Below are positions 1-12,097 of a stretch of DNA of 49,553 nucleotides, in pieces; within the stretch, counting starts at the first letter, position 1; every line of letters starts with the position of its first letter. The notes under the pieces are model-generated. The model saw only the letters and a program-made list of their open reading frames with translations. It was not told the origin of the DNA and searched no databases. The translations under genes and the position numbers were made by a program. Origin of the DNA: Syncephalis fuscata S228 (taxonomy: Eukaryota > Fungi > Zoopagomycota); assembly GCA_025786725.1 (NCBI GenBank), contig JAHLTZ010000073.1, positions 1 through 49,553 of the forward strand, written 5' to 3'.

Positions 1-383
1 CCGAGTTTAATTGATTAATAAATGGAGCGTGAAATAATAAAAGTCAATCCACCCAACATGTCGGTACATCATAGAACAACAAGTGAAGCAATAATGCATC
101 AAGAATAAAGGTCATTCGCACCCAAAAAACACTCATTATTATAGAACATGTTGTCAGTATAATAGCGAATGTAATAAAAGAATAAAAGTCATTTGACACC
201 AAAATCATTATTATAAGACATATCAATTCTCACCACATTAGAAAACAATGATTTATATACTAAATAAAAAACTATATATTTATTCAAATAAACAAACGAG
301 TAATAAACAAACAATATACTGCCATCTAAATATTTAAACGATTGGTATGATGATTTGTTTGTTTGTTAGCGATTGCTTACCTT

Positions 384-2703
384 TTATCTATAATACTTCT
401 TGCCGAGACGGGCCTGACGATGTGGCTGCACCCGCTTCTTAAATACCGGTTGCTGTTGCACTTCTGCAACTGGTGCTGCTTCTTCCTCCAGCGGCGCCTT
501 CACTTCTGTCGCTGGCACTACTTCTTCTGCCAGCGGAGCTTCTACCGCTACCGCTGGCTCAGATGGCATTTTTATTGCACCATCTACTACTTGAGCTGAA
601 CCTGCGCTTTCAAGCGGTACAGCGGTACCGACTTGTTCTTGTTCTTGCTCTTCATTAAACCAATCGTGGTTTAGTGCTTGATCGGCGGTATAACGCGTTC
701 TACTATCAATATCCAGTAGACGCTTTACAAGATCGACAGCTGCACAATGTTAGCTATTATTAAAAATATGTATTCAACTTACCTTCATCGCTGGGTCGAT
801 CTGTTTCTTGGCCAAAATTGAGAGGCCACGTTAACATATTTTGAATATGATTAGCCAGCTCCTTTGATTTGCCATACGGAAAATGTTCTAATTACATCAA
901 TTAATAGTTAGTATAATATGTTTATTTTGTTTGTACTTACGCGTTAACATCGCGTATAGCGTGGTGCCCAAGCTCCACATGTCTATGGGCTTGCTGTACC
1001 CATTCACATCGAATGGCGGCGATGTCAACCGGCGATGGATAGCTGGAAAGGCTTCCGCACTTTTCAGTATACATCTCCGTTGATTGCTGTATAGCACCAT
1101 TTCTGGTGCCATATATGGGATGGTGCCGCAGAAAGCGAGCACCATCGATGGATCTAGCACCTGTGCTGTCCCAAAGTCGGTAAACATGACTCTGGGATAA
1201 GCACAGTGTGTCGACAATAAAATATTTTCAGGCTAGCCAAGTGTTAGTAATGGTGTCTAATATTAAATAAATACATTACCTTAATATCTAATCAAACAAC
1301 AATAGTTAGTAATTACATTAACGAATAAATAAATATACTTACCACCGTGAATAATATTTTTGTCGTGTAAATGCTAATACAATGTTAGTGTTGTAATTAT
1401 TAGATTATAGTAATACTTACCTTAATTCCTTTAAGCAACTGTTTAAAAATATGTTTTACTTCCATTTCTGGAAGGGGGGAGTGGCGCCCAATGTGGCTGC
1501 TCAGATCACCGCCTGTCGCGTACTCGATAAACAAGTACGTGTTAAGGTCGGTGAACTCTGCCTTTAATAATTTTACTACATGAGGGTGGTCCCCCGCCTC
1601 ATGCAGCGCGCTAACTTCTTTGCTATAGCTTCTGAAGTTGCGATTACGCGGTGAAATTTTGACCGCAACACGTTGTCGTGTGTTGCGGTTCAATCCTACA
1701 CGCACCACGCCATACTGTCCCCTATTATACTTGATTAATTAATTAATTATTGCATTCAATTTAATACTTACTCGCCAAGAGGTCCATTAAGAATTATGTA
1801 ATGCTGATGAACCTTCTATAGTGGCAATAAATATATTATTTTAGCATCCAATTATATTTATAAACTTACTTGTTCATATTCAGCACTATCCTCTACTGGT
1901 GTGGAACCAGTAAGTTTCAAACTGTGGGCGGTGAAAGTTGCTATATTTCATAATTAAAAACAATAGTAATAAATAGCTAATACTTACTTTCACACCCAGG
2001 AATTGCAATAAAGCAATTATCGGCATGCTGCTCGGTTGAATTCTTAGCTAAAGTAAAACGATTTACTAAACCAAATGTTAATGACAATGCCTATAATTTA
2101 TACAAACTAACCTTTAAGCTCTGCCAAACCCAGGTTCTAAACTAATAATTAGTAATAAAAATCAAATTGACATTTACTTACCGTGCATTTGACGATGTTG
2201 TCGTTCTATGATAATTTATGGTTAGTCTAGCTCATTGTAGTATATAGTCTACTTACTGCTGAAACTTTAAAGCAAACTTGCGGCAAACTATCCGCGTTTA
2301 ATTGATAGTTGCTAGTTGTCATATGGCATATTGTTAGTTTAATACTTTATGTAGATATTAATGCTACTTACGATTGTTGGCTGGCCCCAACGGTAAATTC
2401 TTGACTGGCAGCCAAGATAAACTCTAGACAGCTATTGTTTAGATGGATGTACGCTCAATGCTACTTTAACATACCTTGTGGTGTAGCGCCATACACTTCC
2501 ACCCAGCCAGTAGCGCTTTGGCGCTCTTCTTCTAGTAAAGCATCCCAGCAAGCTGGAAGCTTTGCATGAAACATGCCATCATTTTCTAAAGAATTTGATG
2601 GCGCTTCAGTAGGGGCTACAGCCGCAGCTGGCGCGGCTGGCTGCGGCGTAGGAACGAGGATCGTGGGGGTAGCATTGGGTAGCGTTTCAATAGTTGAACT
2701 CAT
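384..2703 (-). CDS. Ser/Thr protein kinase (CAMK group, Chk2/Dun1/Mek1-like layout) with a degenerate N-terminal FHA-like domain; multi-exon
   Basis: Spliced reading gives the G-loop GPLGEGQYGVVRVG, VAVK, catalytic loop IIHGDIKPENILL, DFG, GTIPYMAPE, DMWSLG and DLVKRLL..R.TADQAL.H.WF. N-terminal exons read EFTVGASQQSNYQL...NLGLAELKVNRFTLAKN...CFIAIPG, which is FHA-like spacing. ATG at 2703, stop at 384, GT-AG introns throughout. Confidence 0.88.
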
Positions 2704-3829
2704 GGTGCTGTGAGTATCAAGTAAAAACGATAATAGCTGTTCAATAAAAGAGTAAAGCTTAAAAGTAAAATGAAAAGAACAAGTAAAGTAAAAAGACTCA
2801 ACGTATTGCCTTGTCCATAAATTTAAAGATACACAATATTATAGTATCAGACAGTATTGAAGGTAATAAAACAATAATACTTTATTTTACAATTAATAGC
2901 ATTATACTTGTAGTATGTTCTGCTTACTGATGCTATAGCTCAGTCCTAAGCTGTATAGCAAACTATTGTGCATATCGGTATTTTATATAGTCACTTGGCT
3001 AAGCATGCATGTGCCACATCATACTGGTTTTCATGTTGGCCTTTGCAGTCGATATGGTTACGTGTTTATTCCTGCTTTTACTTCATAACTTTAACGGACT
3101 TTGTAGTGTAATATGAACAACGTGTATTTTATTTCTATTTAGTAGCATTGAAACTCAATTGGTGAATTATGTTATAGACCATATTTCTAAAGAAAAATAG
3201 TCATTTTTATTTAACTAATACAGTAATAAATTGTGTGGATCGACTGATTTAATTGTGCGCGAAATGGCAAGAATACTTGGGGGAAAGCAAAAATACCCGC
3301 TAGACCCTGACAATATTGATAGCATCGGAAAGAGCCGCTATTATAGTGGTACAACTGATTAAGAATGGTTGCATTTGGCTATGTTTCAGTTGCATTGGCC
3401 AATTGATCCAACTAGCCAGTGTAGATATGCTGATTATGTGCGGGAATGACCAGCAAATGGAAGGCAAAAAGTGAGCAAATATGGAAATAAGGAAGGGATT
3501 ATAATCCAATTTACTGATAAAATGACATCCGTGCACTGGAAGGTTTCAGTCAGTTGCAATACGCCAATAAACAGTTGCCACATACTCTTTACCAATATAA
3601 TCCATTCTAATTGGTAGATATGTTTTGAAGTAAGTTTATAAGGTTGTGTTGAAATTACTTTTGCTCATTACTTCGCCTTCTCCTGTTTCTAGTTGTTAAT
3701 GTGCTGTAAACCGTTTGTTAATGGTTAGCATTAAATCTAGTAGTTACATCCAGTGGTGTGGGGTCCCCTTGTTGGTTGATCACGATATACTGTGTTCTTG
3801 CTTTTGAGCTGTGTTGAATGTGCAATACA

Positions 3830-4270
3830 GTATTTGCAGACTGCTGTATTATACTGGCTCAACAATTATATGGCTGCCCGTAATAGGCGGCTGTATACTA
3901 GTGTAGTGCGGAGATATGTGGGATGCTGGAGCGTGCAGTGATAGGACATAAGTCGGTATTGCTGCACGCTCTCTCATGGGGGACGCTAGGGCGCACAGTA
4001 TTAGCTTAATACTGCTCTATGCTCCCTCCTGTAAAGGCTAGAGCGCGCAGTAACAGTATTTAGCAAGTCAGTTATTGCTGTGTGTTTCCCTCATATGGAT
4101 GCGGCGACCTGTGATGGGTGGCCATATGTTAGTGCTCACCTGTTTGTAACGCGCGCTGGAGGTGTGTTGGTATTGTTCAACTTGCTGAACACTGCCATCA
4201 CACACTAGATTGATGTGATATGTGAGCACCTATAATAGATAAACATGTATCATACTGTTTACTTGTGGGT
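3830..4270 (+). other. GC-enriched multi-hairpin segment, candidate structured ncRNA
   Basis: Stem-loops at 3929-3971, 3996-4014, 4041-4087 and 4162-4203, with a closing stem 3914-3923/4087-4096. Many mismatches resolve as G-U pairs on the + strand. No ORF. Confidence 0.4.
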
Positions 4271-5469
4271 GCTGTTAAAGGATTGTGATATAGCGTTAGT
4301 CTCAAATATCATATAAATTGCATGCGTCCAAGGCTGAAGGATTGTACTATTTGAGGCTGCCTTCTTGTAGCTAAGTATTATATGATGTTTCTGCGGCTGT
4401 TTAAAACGTGGCAAAAGCTGCGCTATTTTGCAACTTTAATAGCACATCAGCATTTGATATGTGTTGTTTAGTTGTAATACACCGCAACATTTATGTGTGT
4501 TTGGCTTTATACATTAGCTACAATTGGGTGAACCAGTAGTTTAGCAATGCTTATTGCTGCACTTAAATTGCTGCATTGTATTATAACATTATTAAATAGC
4601 ATCGTCATCTTGGTGGTGGCTAATAAAAGCTATGTGCTTCTGACATATGATTTTGCCTTATTGGGGAATCGTCAGTACTCCAGGTGGTCAAATAGCTCCT
4701 TATTAGTTGCTGTCCTGATTAGCAACTTTTAATAACTTTTAGCAATATTTTTAATTTGTTTGTTTATTATGCTTGTATAATAACCAACAACAGCATTCAA
4801 GCAACGAAAGAGCCACACCAAATACGCACTATAAATCACATATGGACAACAGTCAACTATACGTAAGCGTTTTATTACTATTAAATAATACTAACAAATA
4901 TTTAATATAGTCATTCAAATATTGGTGCCAAATCGACAAGTTATCTGGATCGCATTTATCATCATTTTGCATGCAATTTACAATATCAATTATTGCTTTC
5001 ATCAGCACAAGTATCAACAGTAGTATTATACATTGTTGTTGATGCTATCACTTGGCATGGTTTTCCAAATGGAGACGAATATATACTTATTTGGTTTTTT
5101 ATCCAGTCAAGTGTTAATTGGTATTGCTAATGCATGTTTATTATATTAATTAAATACAGCTGTAGTGGCAGTAAAGAGAGAAGTGTATATGTTGAACTGA
5201 AACAATTTTAACAAAAAAGTATATGATGTGTTTATTAAAGCAACATAATATTATAGTAATGGCTTTATTGCTAGAAATTGTTTAATTTTTATGTTTAGCA
5301 TTTGTTTTAAAATTAAAGCACCGTTATTTATTTGGTTAAAGAAATACTGACACTTAAATAGTTAGGTTACAATTGCATTTAATGCAACTGTACGCTTTAT
5401 TTAAACAGTAACATCAACCATTTATTTAATCAATTATTTTATTTACTATTAACAATTTATTATAATTAT

Positions 5470-6520
5470 ACTGTGAACTTGGGGCTAAATGACTGAACTT
5501 GATAACATCTGTGTATTTGAACTACATATTTGTTCTATTGAACATGGGAGCAAGTGGTGAATTTTATTTAATCACCACATCAGCACAGTATAGTATAATC
5601 TAATGGTCAAATAATTAAATTGAATGTTATTAAATTTATTAAACATGATGGCGGATGGTGAGTGACATCAATCATCAAATACTCATCATTGTAGATTTAT
5701 TATCCAGTATGCATTTCACCTATATCATTTCCATTATATCCTACACTATCATATAGCATTGTATGCTATACTAGACACATTCTATTGTTTATATGTTCCA
5801 TTACACTTCACTCAACCCATTCATTACTACATATGCACCATAACTTAACACAATTATCATACACTTTTACCGTATATTTATTTGATTCTATATCATTCTA
5901 TACTCGCCTACCATTCCTCTATCCAATGGTACTTTTATTTTTATTTTAGCTTCATTATTAGTAAATGTCGATTAATTCCGCTTATTGATCACGCATGTAT
6001 TTTCATTAAATTTAACACTACTAATCGTCGTTCAATATTGCATGTTCATTATATTGTATATTACTTTATTATTCAGTAAATATACGCGCTAGCCATTGTA
6101 GTTGTTTTTTTGTTCTAGATTTATTATTAATAAATATCAGCTTATTCACCTCATTCATTTAGCAAACTATATGTAATTGAAAGCTATAATAATATAATGC
6201 ATTCAGTATAACATAGCATGATATATAATAGTACAAGCATACGTTTTTAGCGATATAGACAAATAGAGGATATATGCATACTGGATAATGAATCTACAGT
6301 AATGAGTATTGGATGATTGATGTCACTCACCACTGATCATCATGTTCAATATATTGAATGCTATTAAATATAGTCATTTGGCCATTCAATTGTAATACAG
6401 TTAATAATTTGATCCTTAATAAAATTTACCACTTGTCACCATGTTCAATAGATTAAATGTGCAGTTCAACTACGCAGATACTAGTAAATGTAGTCACTTG
6501 ACCTCAAAATCAAATAGTTA
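5470..6520. repeat. Dispersed repeat family 2, foldback copy (diverged inverted arms)
   Basis: About 5470-5780 is a diverged reverse complement of about 6240-6520. The core GGTGAGTGACATCAATCATC(A/C)AATACTCAT lies at 5657-5686 (+) and 6302-6331 (-). Confidence 0.75.
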
Positions 6521-6888
6521 AATTATCGCAGATAGAAAGACTAGGAATAGGCCAGTTATTATCAAATAAATGACTAGTAGACCGTTATATGGTACTGGTA
6601 TTTTATACTAAACACTACTAGTTAATTACAATGGCTTTATAACAAATAACCTTTATTGGCATTATTATAACTTTGCTTTAAGAAGACGTGGAACACTAGC
6701 CGTTTGCTAAATTAAATCTATTTATTTATATAAGCTATATTTAAAGTTGTTTTATTATAATTAATAAAGGAAAAAGGCTAAGCAATTATATGTTTGTATA
6801 TTAATATTAAGCATTTGGTTGGAGAAATTTCCTAAAGGTTTATTTAGGAAGAGAGCTGTACAAATATAGTAAACACCTGAGCTTGAGT

Positions 6889-7901
6889 TCATCGCCGTTT
6901 GCGTGCAGTGGACTCTTCTTCTTCCCTGCGTCGTTTGCGTTCCCGTTGAGCTAAATGCTTAAGTGTTTAAATAAAATTATATTAAAGATATTTAATTTTT
7001 TACCAATCAATTCCTCGAATCTACGTATCATCATTGACACGCGAATATCCTCTGATTTTGAAAATTTGCGTGGTGGAGGTCGTGGCATGATTCTTTTAGA
7101 CTCTATTTGTTTTAATATGCATTTGCATATGGGCTTTTTCTCGTATTCTTCTTTTGCTAGCAATAAAGTATGTTTGTTAGCTATTGTAACCAATAAAAGT
7201 GTTTTATTACCTATAAGTGGTGATCTTTTGCGTTGTGACACGTTTTTGTGATCACAAGTGGGTAAAACGGCTTGCTGTGTGCCCTTCAGCCTGGCCACTG
7301 GCGTCTTGTTTCTATCATGAAGAGAGGTTAGCTTAGTGTCAGTAATATTGCTTACCTGTTTGCCTGATCGGCGTGATACTGGTTGCGCTATCGATCGCGA
7401 TGAACGCGATAAATCAAAAGAACAACTGTTGTTTTCCTTGCTCTTCAAAGCTTGGTCAACTTCCTCGTTGTTTGCAACTTGGTCGTCTTCGTTGCTTTTC
7501 AAAGCTTGGTCAACTTTCTTGTCATTTGCAACTTGGTCGTCTTCGTTGCTTTTCAAAGCTTGGTCAACTTCCTCGTTGTCTGCAACTTGGTCGTCTTCGT
7601 TGCTCTTCAAAGCTTGGTCAACTTCCTCGTTGTCTGCAACTTGGTCGTCTTCGTTGCTTTTCAAAGTTTGGTCAACTTCCTCGTTGTCTGCAACTTGGTC
7701 GTCTTCGTTGCTCTTCAAAGCTTGGTCAACTTCCTCGTTGTTTGCAACTTGGTCGTCTTTGTTGCTCTTCAAAGCTTGGTCAACTTTCTTGTCATTTGCA
7801 ACTTGGTCGTCTTCGTTGCTTTTCACAGTATGGTCCTTGGCAGTACAGCTTTTTGTACGGCCGGCAATAGAGCTGTTGGCGGAGTCGGAGATAGTAGCCA
7901 T
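6889..7901 (-). CDS. Hypothetical protein with 7 acidic 18-aa tandem repeats and a basic NLS-like C-terminus
   Basis: ORF from ATG 7901. An intron at 6951-7003 (GTAAAA...TTTAG) joins in frame to a last exon 6889-6950 encoding AQRERKRRREEEESTARKRR*. Further intron-like segments lie at 7157-7210 and about 7305-7355. Confidence 0.65.
7438..7823. repeat. 54-bp coding minisatellite, about 7 copies
   Basis: The unit TCAAAGCTTGGTCAACTTCCTCGTTGT(C/T)TGCAACTTGGTCGTCTTCGTTGCT(C/T)T recurs every 54 nt and encodes KSNEDDQVA(D/N)NEEVDQAL on the minus strand. Confidence 0.95.
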
Positions 7902-9649
7902 ATTGATTTTAGATGTTCAAATAAACAAAAAGTGAGAAAATTCTTATGTGCAAGTGTGCAAACAAGTAGGCAGGAGAAGTGAACTAAACAGAAAAGAGAA
8001 AAGAAAATGTGACTTGTGTATGCGTTTATATATTGGTGAACAATAAAAATTGGAAGCAGTAGCCGAAATTACCTACATATTTCATTTGCACAATTCAGCC
8101 AGTAAGTTAAGCCAATTTTCTAAGTAAGACCACTAGTTTGCGACAATAAACGTCATTAAACCGGGCAAGATGCGATAGGCAATGCCAATACAAAGCAATT
8201 GGCTTTTTTTATACTTTAGTGCTACATAAAGATATGATTTCAAGGGAAAAGCCGCGACTAATGACGCTCAATCTATTTGCTATTGAGTGTGCTTTGACGA
8301 TGGGCTGATAAGGTCTCGTTTGAAACATTCGCTGAAGCCATTGTCTATTTCAAAGTGGCGTTGAGTCATCGTTACAATGAGAAAAACGCGCTATACAATG
8401 TTTGGCAGCCTGCTAGTAGGAATATCATTGTATTTATTGGCTTACAATTGTATCAATTGATGGATTCAATTCATTGGATAATGCTGAGTGCTCGCTTCTG
8501 CGCTAAACGCACGCATGTGTGCTTAAATAGCATATTCCCCATCAAAACACGTAATTTTAATTACGTCTTTGATTTTACATTTATTCTTTAACTAATTAGC
8601 AGTTGCATTCCACTATTTCATATGTTCGCAAATTACAATGTTTAGTGGAATTTACAGCTTTATATGACACACTGTAACTGCTTGCTTGTGAAACCATACA
8701 ATATACAACTGCTCGGCATACTTTAAGCTGTCTAGAAGACGTACTCAGCCGCTATAAACTCTTAAGACCTTCGGTGGTACAACGTCAAACAACCTAATCT
8801 ATGCTGTAAACCACTTTGTTTATTGTATGGTGGTGCTTGTATAGACACTCAGGTGTGCGTATATACATATCACTATTCCTTGATTGCGGGTGATGTTAAG
8901 CAGTTGTCATAATGGCACTGTTGTTTTAGCAGCTAAAGCGTCTTAATTGGCACAACTTTGGTTTAAGGCGTTATACTGTTTGTGCCATCTAAGTTGTTAT
9001 CTTCAATTGAGTAGAAGTGACGATGTGATTGTGTTGGCTGTATAATATCGCAACAGTGTGCTATTGCACTGCTGTTATTGCATTCTAGATCTCTTGTTTG
9101 TGTGTAGATGGCCTAGACGTGGGTATGGGCTCAGCGCTATAGGTTGGGAGTTTAGGCCATCAACATATTAAATAAGCACTGTTTAGCATTGCATTTTATT
9201 ATGTTTGTGATTACAGATACGATATTGGTATGTATAAACTTTACTAACTAGCAAGCCATTGGATATTTCACGTTCTGATATAGCTGTTGTTGTAGACTCG
9301 CTGCTTTTTGTCTTTATTTTCTATTTATATTGTATACTTGACTGCAAGCTAATAAAATGACACGAACTCAAGTGAATAGTCAAAGAAAGTGCATGGATAT
9401 TGATGATAAAGTATCATATATGTACATGTGTATATGACAAAGTGAACCAATTTGAAATTTACGAATAATATAATTAATTATAAAAAGCGATTTTATAGTA
9501 AAACGTGAAATGTTATGAATGAATGAGCAAAAGAACAATGCATGAATAATGCTAGTAAAATTATAGTTCGCGTGGTTAAGTGAGCACAATAAATTGCAAT
9601 CTATAACAGATACAGCTGGCAATAAACAGGCGGCTTTTATTAATCTTAT

Positions 9650-9970
9650 GTAATCAGTAAACAATAGAATGATCTACAGTAGAATGAATATACAATAATA
9701 AAGGCCCAGATAAATGATGTCAAAGCTATAGTCCATACAACGCAATGAATGGGTTGAGTGAAGTGTAATGGAACATATAAACAATAGAATGTGTCTAGTA
9801 TAGCATACAATGCTATATGATAGTGTAGGATATAATGGAAATGATATAGGCGAAATGTATACTGGATAATAAATCTAAAATGATGAGTATTTGATGATTG
9901 ATGTCACTCACCACCCACCATCATGTTCAATAAATTTAATAACATTCAATTTAATCATTTGACCATCAAA
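9650..9970 (-). repeat. Dispersed repeat family 2 copy
   Basis: 9740-9965 is a close reverse complement of about 5605-5825. The core motif is at 9883-9912. Confidence 0.85.
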
Positions 9971-10407
9971 TCATGATGAATGAACAAAAATTATTTGATT
10001 ATAATTATAGTCATTTTTAACTAAATAAATTGCTGATATTATTGAGTAATAAAATACAATAAATATATTTGTGTCAAAATTAACTAATCATAGTATGTTA
10101 AAAGCTATATTTGTTAAATAATAAAAAATTATATTTACAAAGTTGCGAGACAAATATTAATGGCAAGTAGTAAGTGAAATATAAATACTGAAAGTCAATT
10201 TTTCCAATATATCGCTATATTATAGAACATATTAGTAATAAAATAGGGAGCACAATAAAATAAACGGCATTTGGCACCAAAAACTTGACATTATAAAGCA
10301 TGTCATTAGTAAACAAGAAGCTGAGTGTAATATGAATAATAGATAACAAGCAATAAAATAATCATAAAATAATCTGGCCGCTTTAGCACTATTATTAGTT
10401 TTATTAT

Positions 10408-11949
10408 CTAAGCAATTGATGTGGGATCCCAACAAAAGCGACGCATTGGCGTGGACTCTGTGGTGGCATTGATATCTGCCATCATCTAAAACATAAATTT
10501 AAATCATTCAAATCAACGATATTATTAGTAATTAAGTATACAGTTTCAGTAAATAGCGCCCCTTTTAATTGCCAAGATTATGGCATAAACTAGCATAATA
10601 CACGAATGCCAAATTTAATGCATCTATGAATACTTACTTCGTCAGTCAGTGGCGGATCAAAAAGAGCGATGTTCTCCGTGATGCGTTTTGGATTCGTACT
10701 TTTTGGTATGACGACAAACTGACGTTGAATAGCCCAACGCAGTAGTACTTGCGCGTCCGTGATCAAAGACTGGCCATTTTCACTGTTGTTGCTGTTGCTG
10801 CTGCTATTGCTGTTACGCTGGTTGAGTTGGGTCACTGCTCGGGTCACTGCAGGCAACGGATAGGTGCCATTCACCAGTGCTCCTTCTCCAAGACTCGAGT
10901 AGGCTTCGAGCTGGATATTATGTTTACGACAGAATGCCACCAATTCCCGATCCGGCCATAATGGATGCAGCTCTGTTTGAAGCACACTCGGTTGAATTGA
11001 AATATTCGTATCATCTAGTAACTGTTTTAAATGACGTATTGTGTAGTTACTAACACCAATGGCACGTATCTTTCCCTCGCGATACAACTCTTCAAGTGCT
11101 CGGTAACTGCCCATCCGATTCTCGGCATTTCGTGGATCGTCGGTTTTCAGTTTCTGTGTTCTAAGCACCATCCCCCAACAGTATCACCAATTTACACAAT
11201 CAATGATACCACATTGTTTCAAAATACAATAAATATGCTGTTGTTACAACAATGGTTCACATAAAATGCTACACGTGTATACACACCCTGGCCAGTGAAT
11301 AAGATAAAGATCAATATACTCTACACCTAGTTTTTGGCGAGATGTTTCAAAAGCTAATAATTGCAAGAGTCGTGATCACAACAGCAATGACATTAATACA
11401 GCTGTGCGTATTAAATAAATCCAGCTAAGAAAAACTTTAATTAACCGATGCTGTAACCGACCCACCTTTAAGACATGCCTCGTAGCCGTGGTCGCGTGGA
11501 GCTATTCGTTATTAGCATAAACAAGCAAGCACACAAATGCTTAATATTTGTATCAAAGCTTACCAAGTTTTGTAGTAATAAAAATATCACTTCGTTTCAA
11601 ACCATTAAATGAGTCTGCATCTTCAAATACACGCTGTAGGACACGTCCGATCGCCTCTTCATTTCGATAGACGGACGCAGTATCTATAAATACGCCATTT
11701 ACCATGTATTAGCTGTTAACAATTCTATATCGCCTCTACTCAGTGCTAGCCTACCAATCATACGATAACCGGCCTGAAAAGCAGCCCGAATGCACTGCTC
11801 TAGTTCAGGTTCATCTCGTATTCGATAAGTACCCACTATATAGCCATAGTTTGTTAGTACTGTACCAATTTCTATTTTACGTTCCACTTGCATCCAATCT
11901 TCGGCATTTTTACGCCATTATTAAGAGTGTAGTACTGTGAATCAGTCAT
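10408..11949 (-). CDS. Aldo-keto reductase (AKR5/YtbE-like, NADPH-dependent); multi-exon
   Basis: Reads [74 protein letters not shown] and ends [11 protein letters not shown]. The first intron (11836-11891) is GC-AG. Confidence 0.93.
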
Positions 11950-12097
11950 AGCTTCTGTTATAAATATTGGTGAGCAAATAGAACGCTTGTTATTGTAAAA
12001 GAAAAAGGCTTTTAAACAATAAACAGAATTCCATTGTTATTCTTTTGTCTAGTTTATTGTGTATACTTTAATTGTATCTCTACTACTACTCGCTATT

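Noticed and set aside
44-658. Short ORFs at 44-226 (-), 363-599 (+) and 473-658 (+)
   Set aside because: They have no recognisable similarity. The + strand ORFs are antisense to the last kinase exon.
3538-3560. GGAAGGTTTCAG resembling RNase P CR-I upstream of the hairpin cluster
   Set aside because: The match is imperfect and no CR-V partner was found. No SRP or telomerase-template motif was found either.
6955-7982. Several + strand ORFs over the 54-bp repeat
   Set aside because: They are stop-free shadows of the minisatellite. The ATG context and splice signals support only the minus strand.
8300-9300. Short similarities to 3690-3720 and (inverted) 21000-21100, for example TGCTGTAAACC
   Set aside because: They are too short and degenerate to define a repeat by eye and need a sensitive self-alignment.
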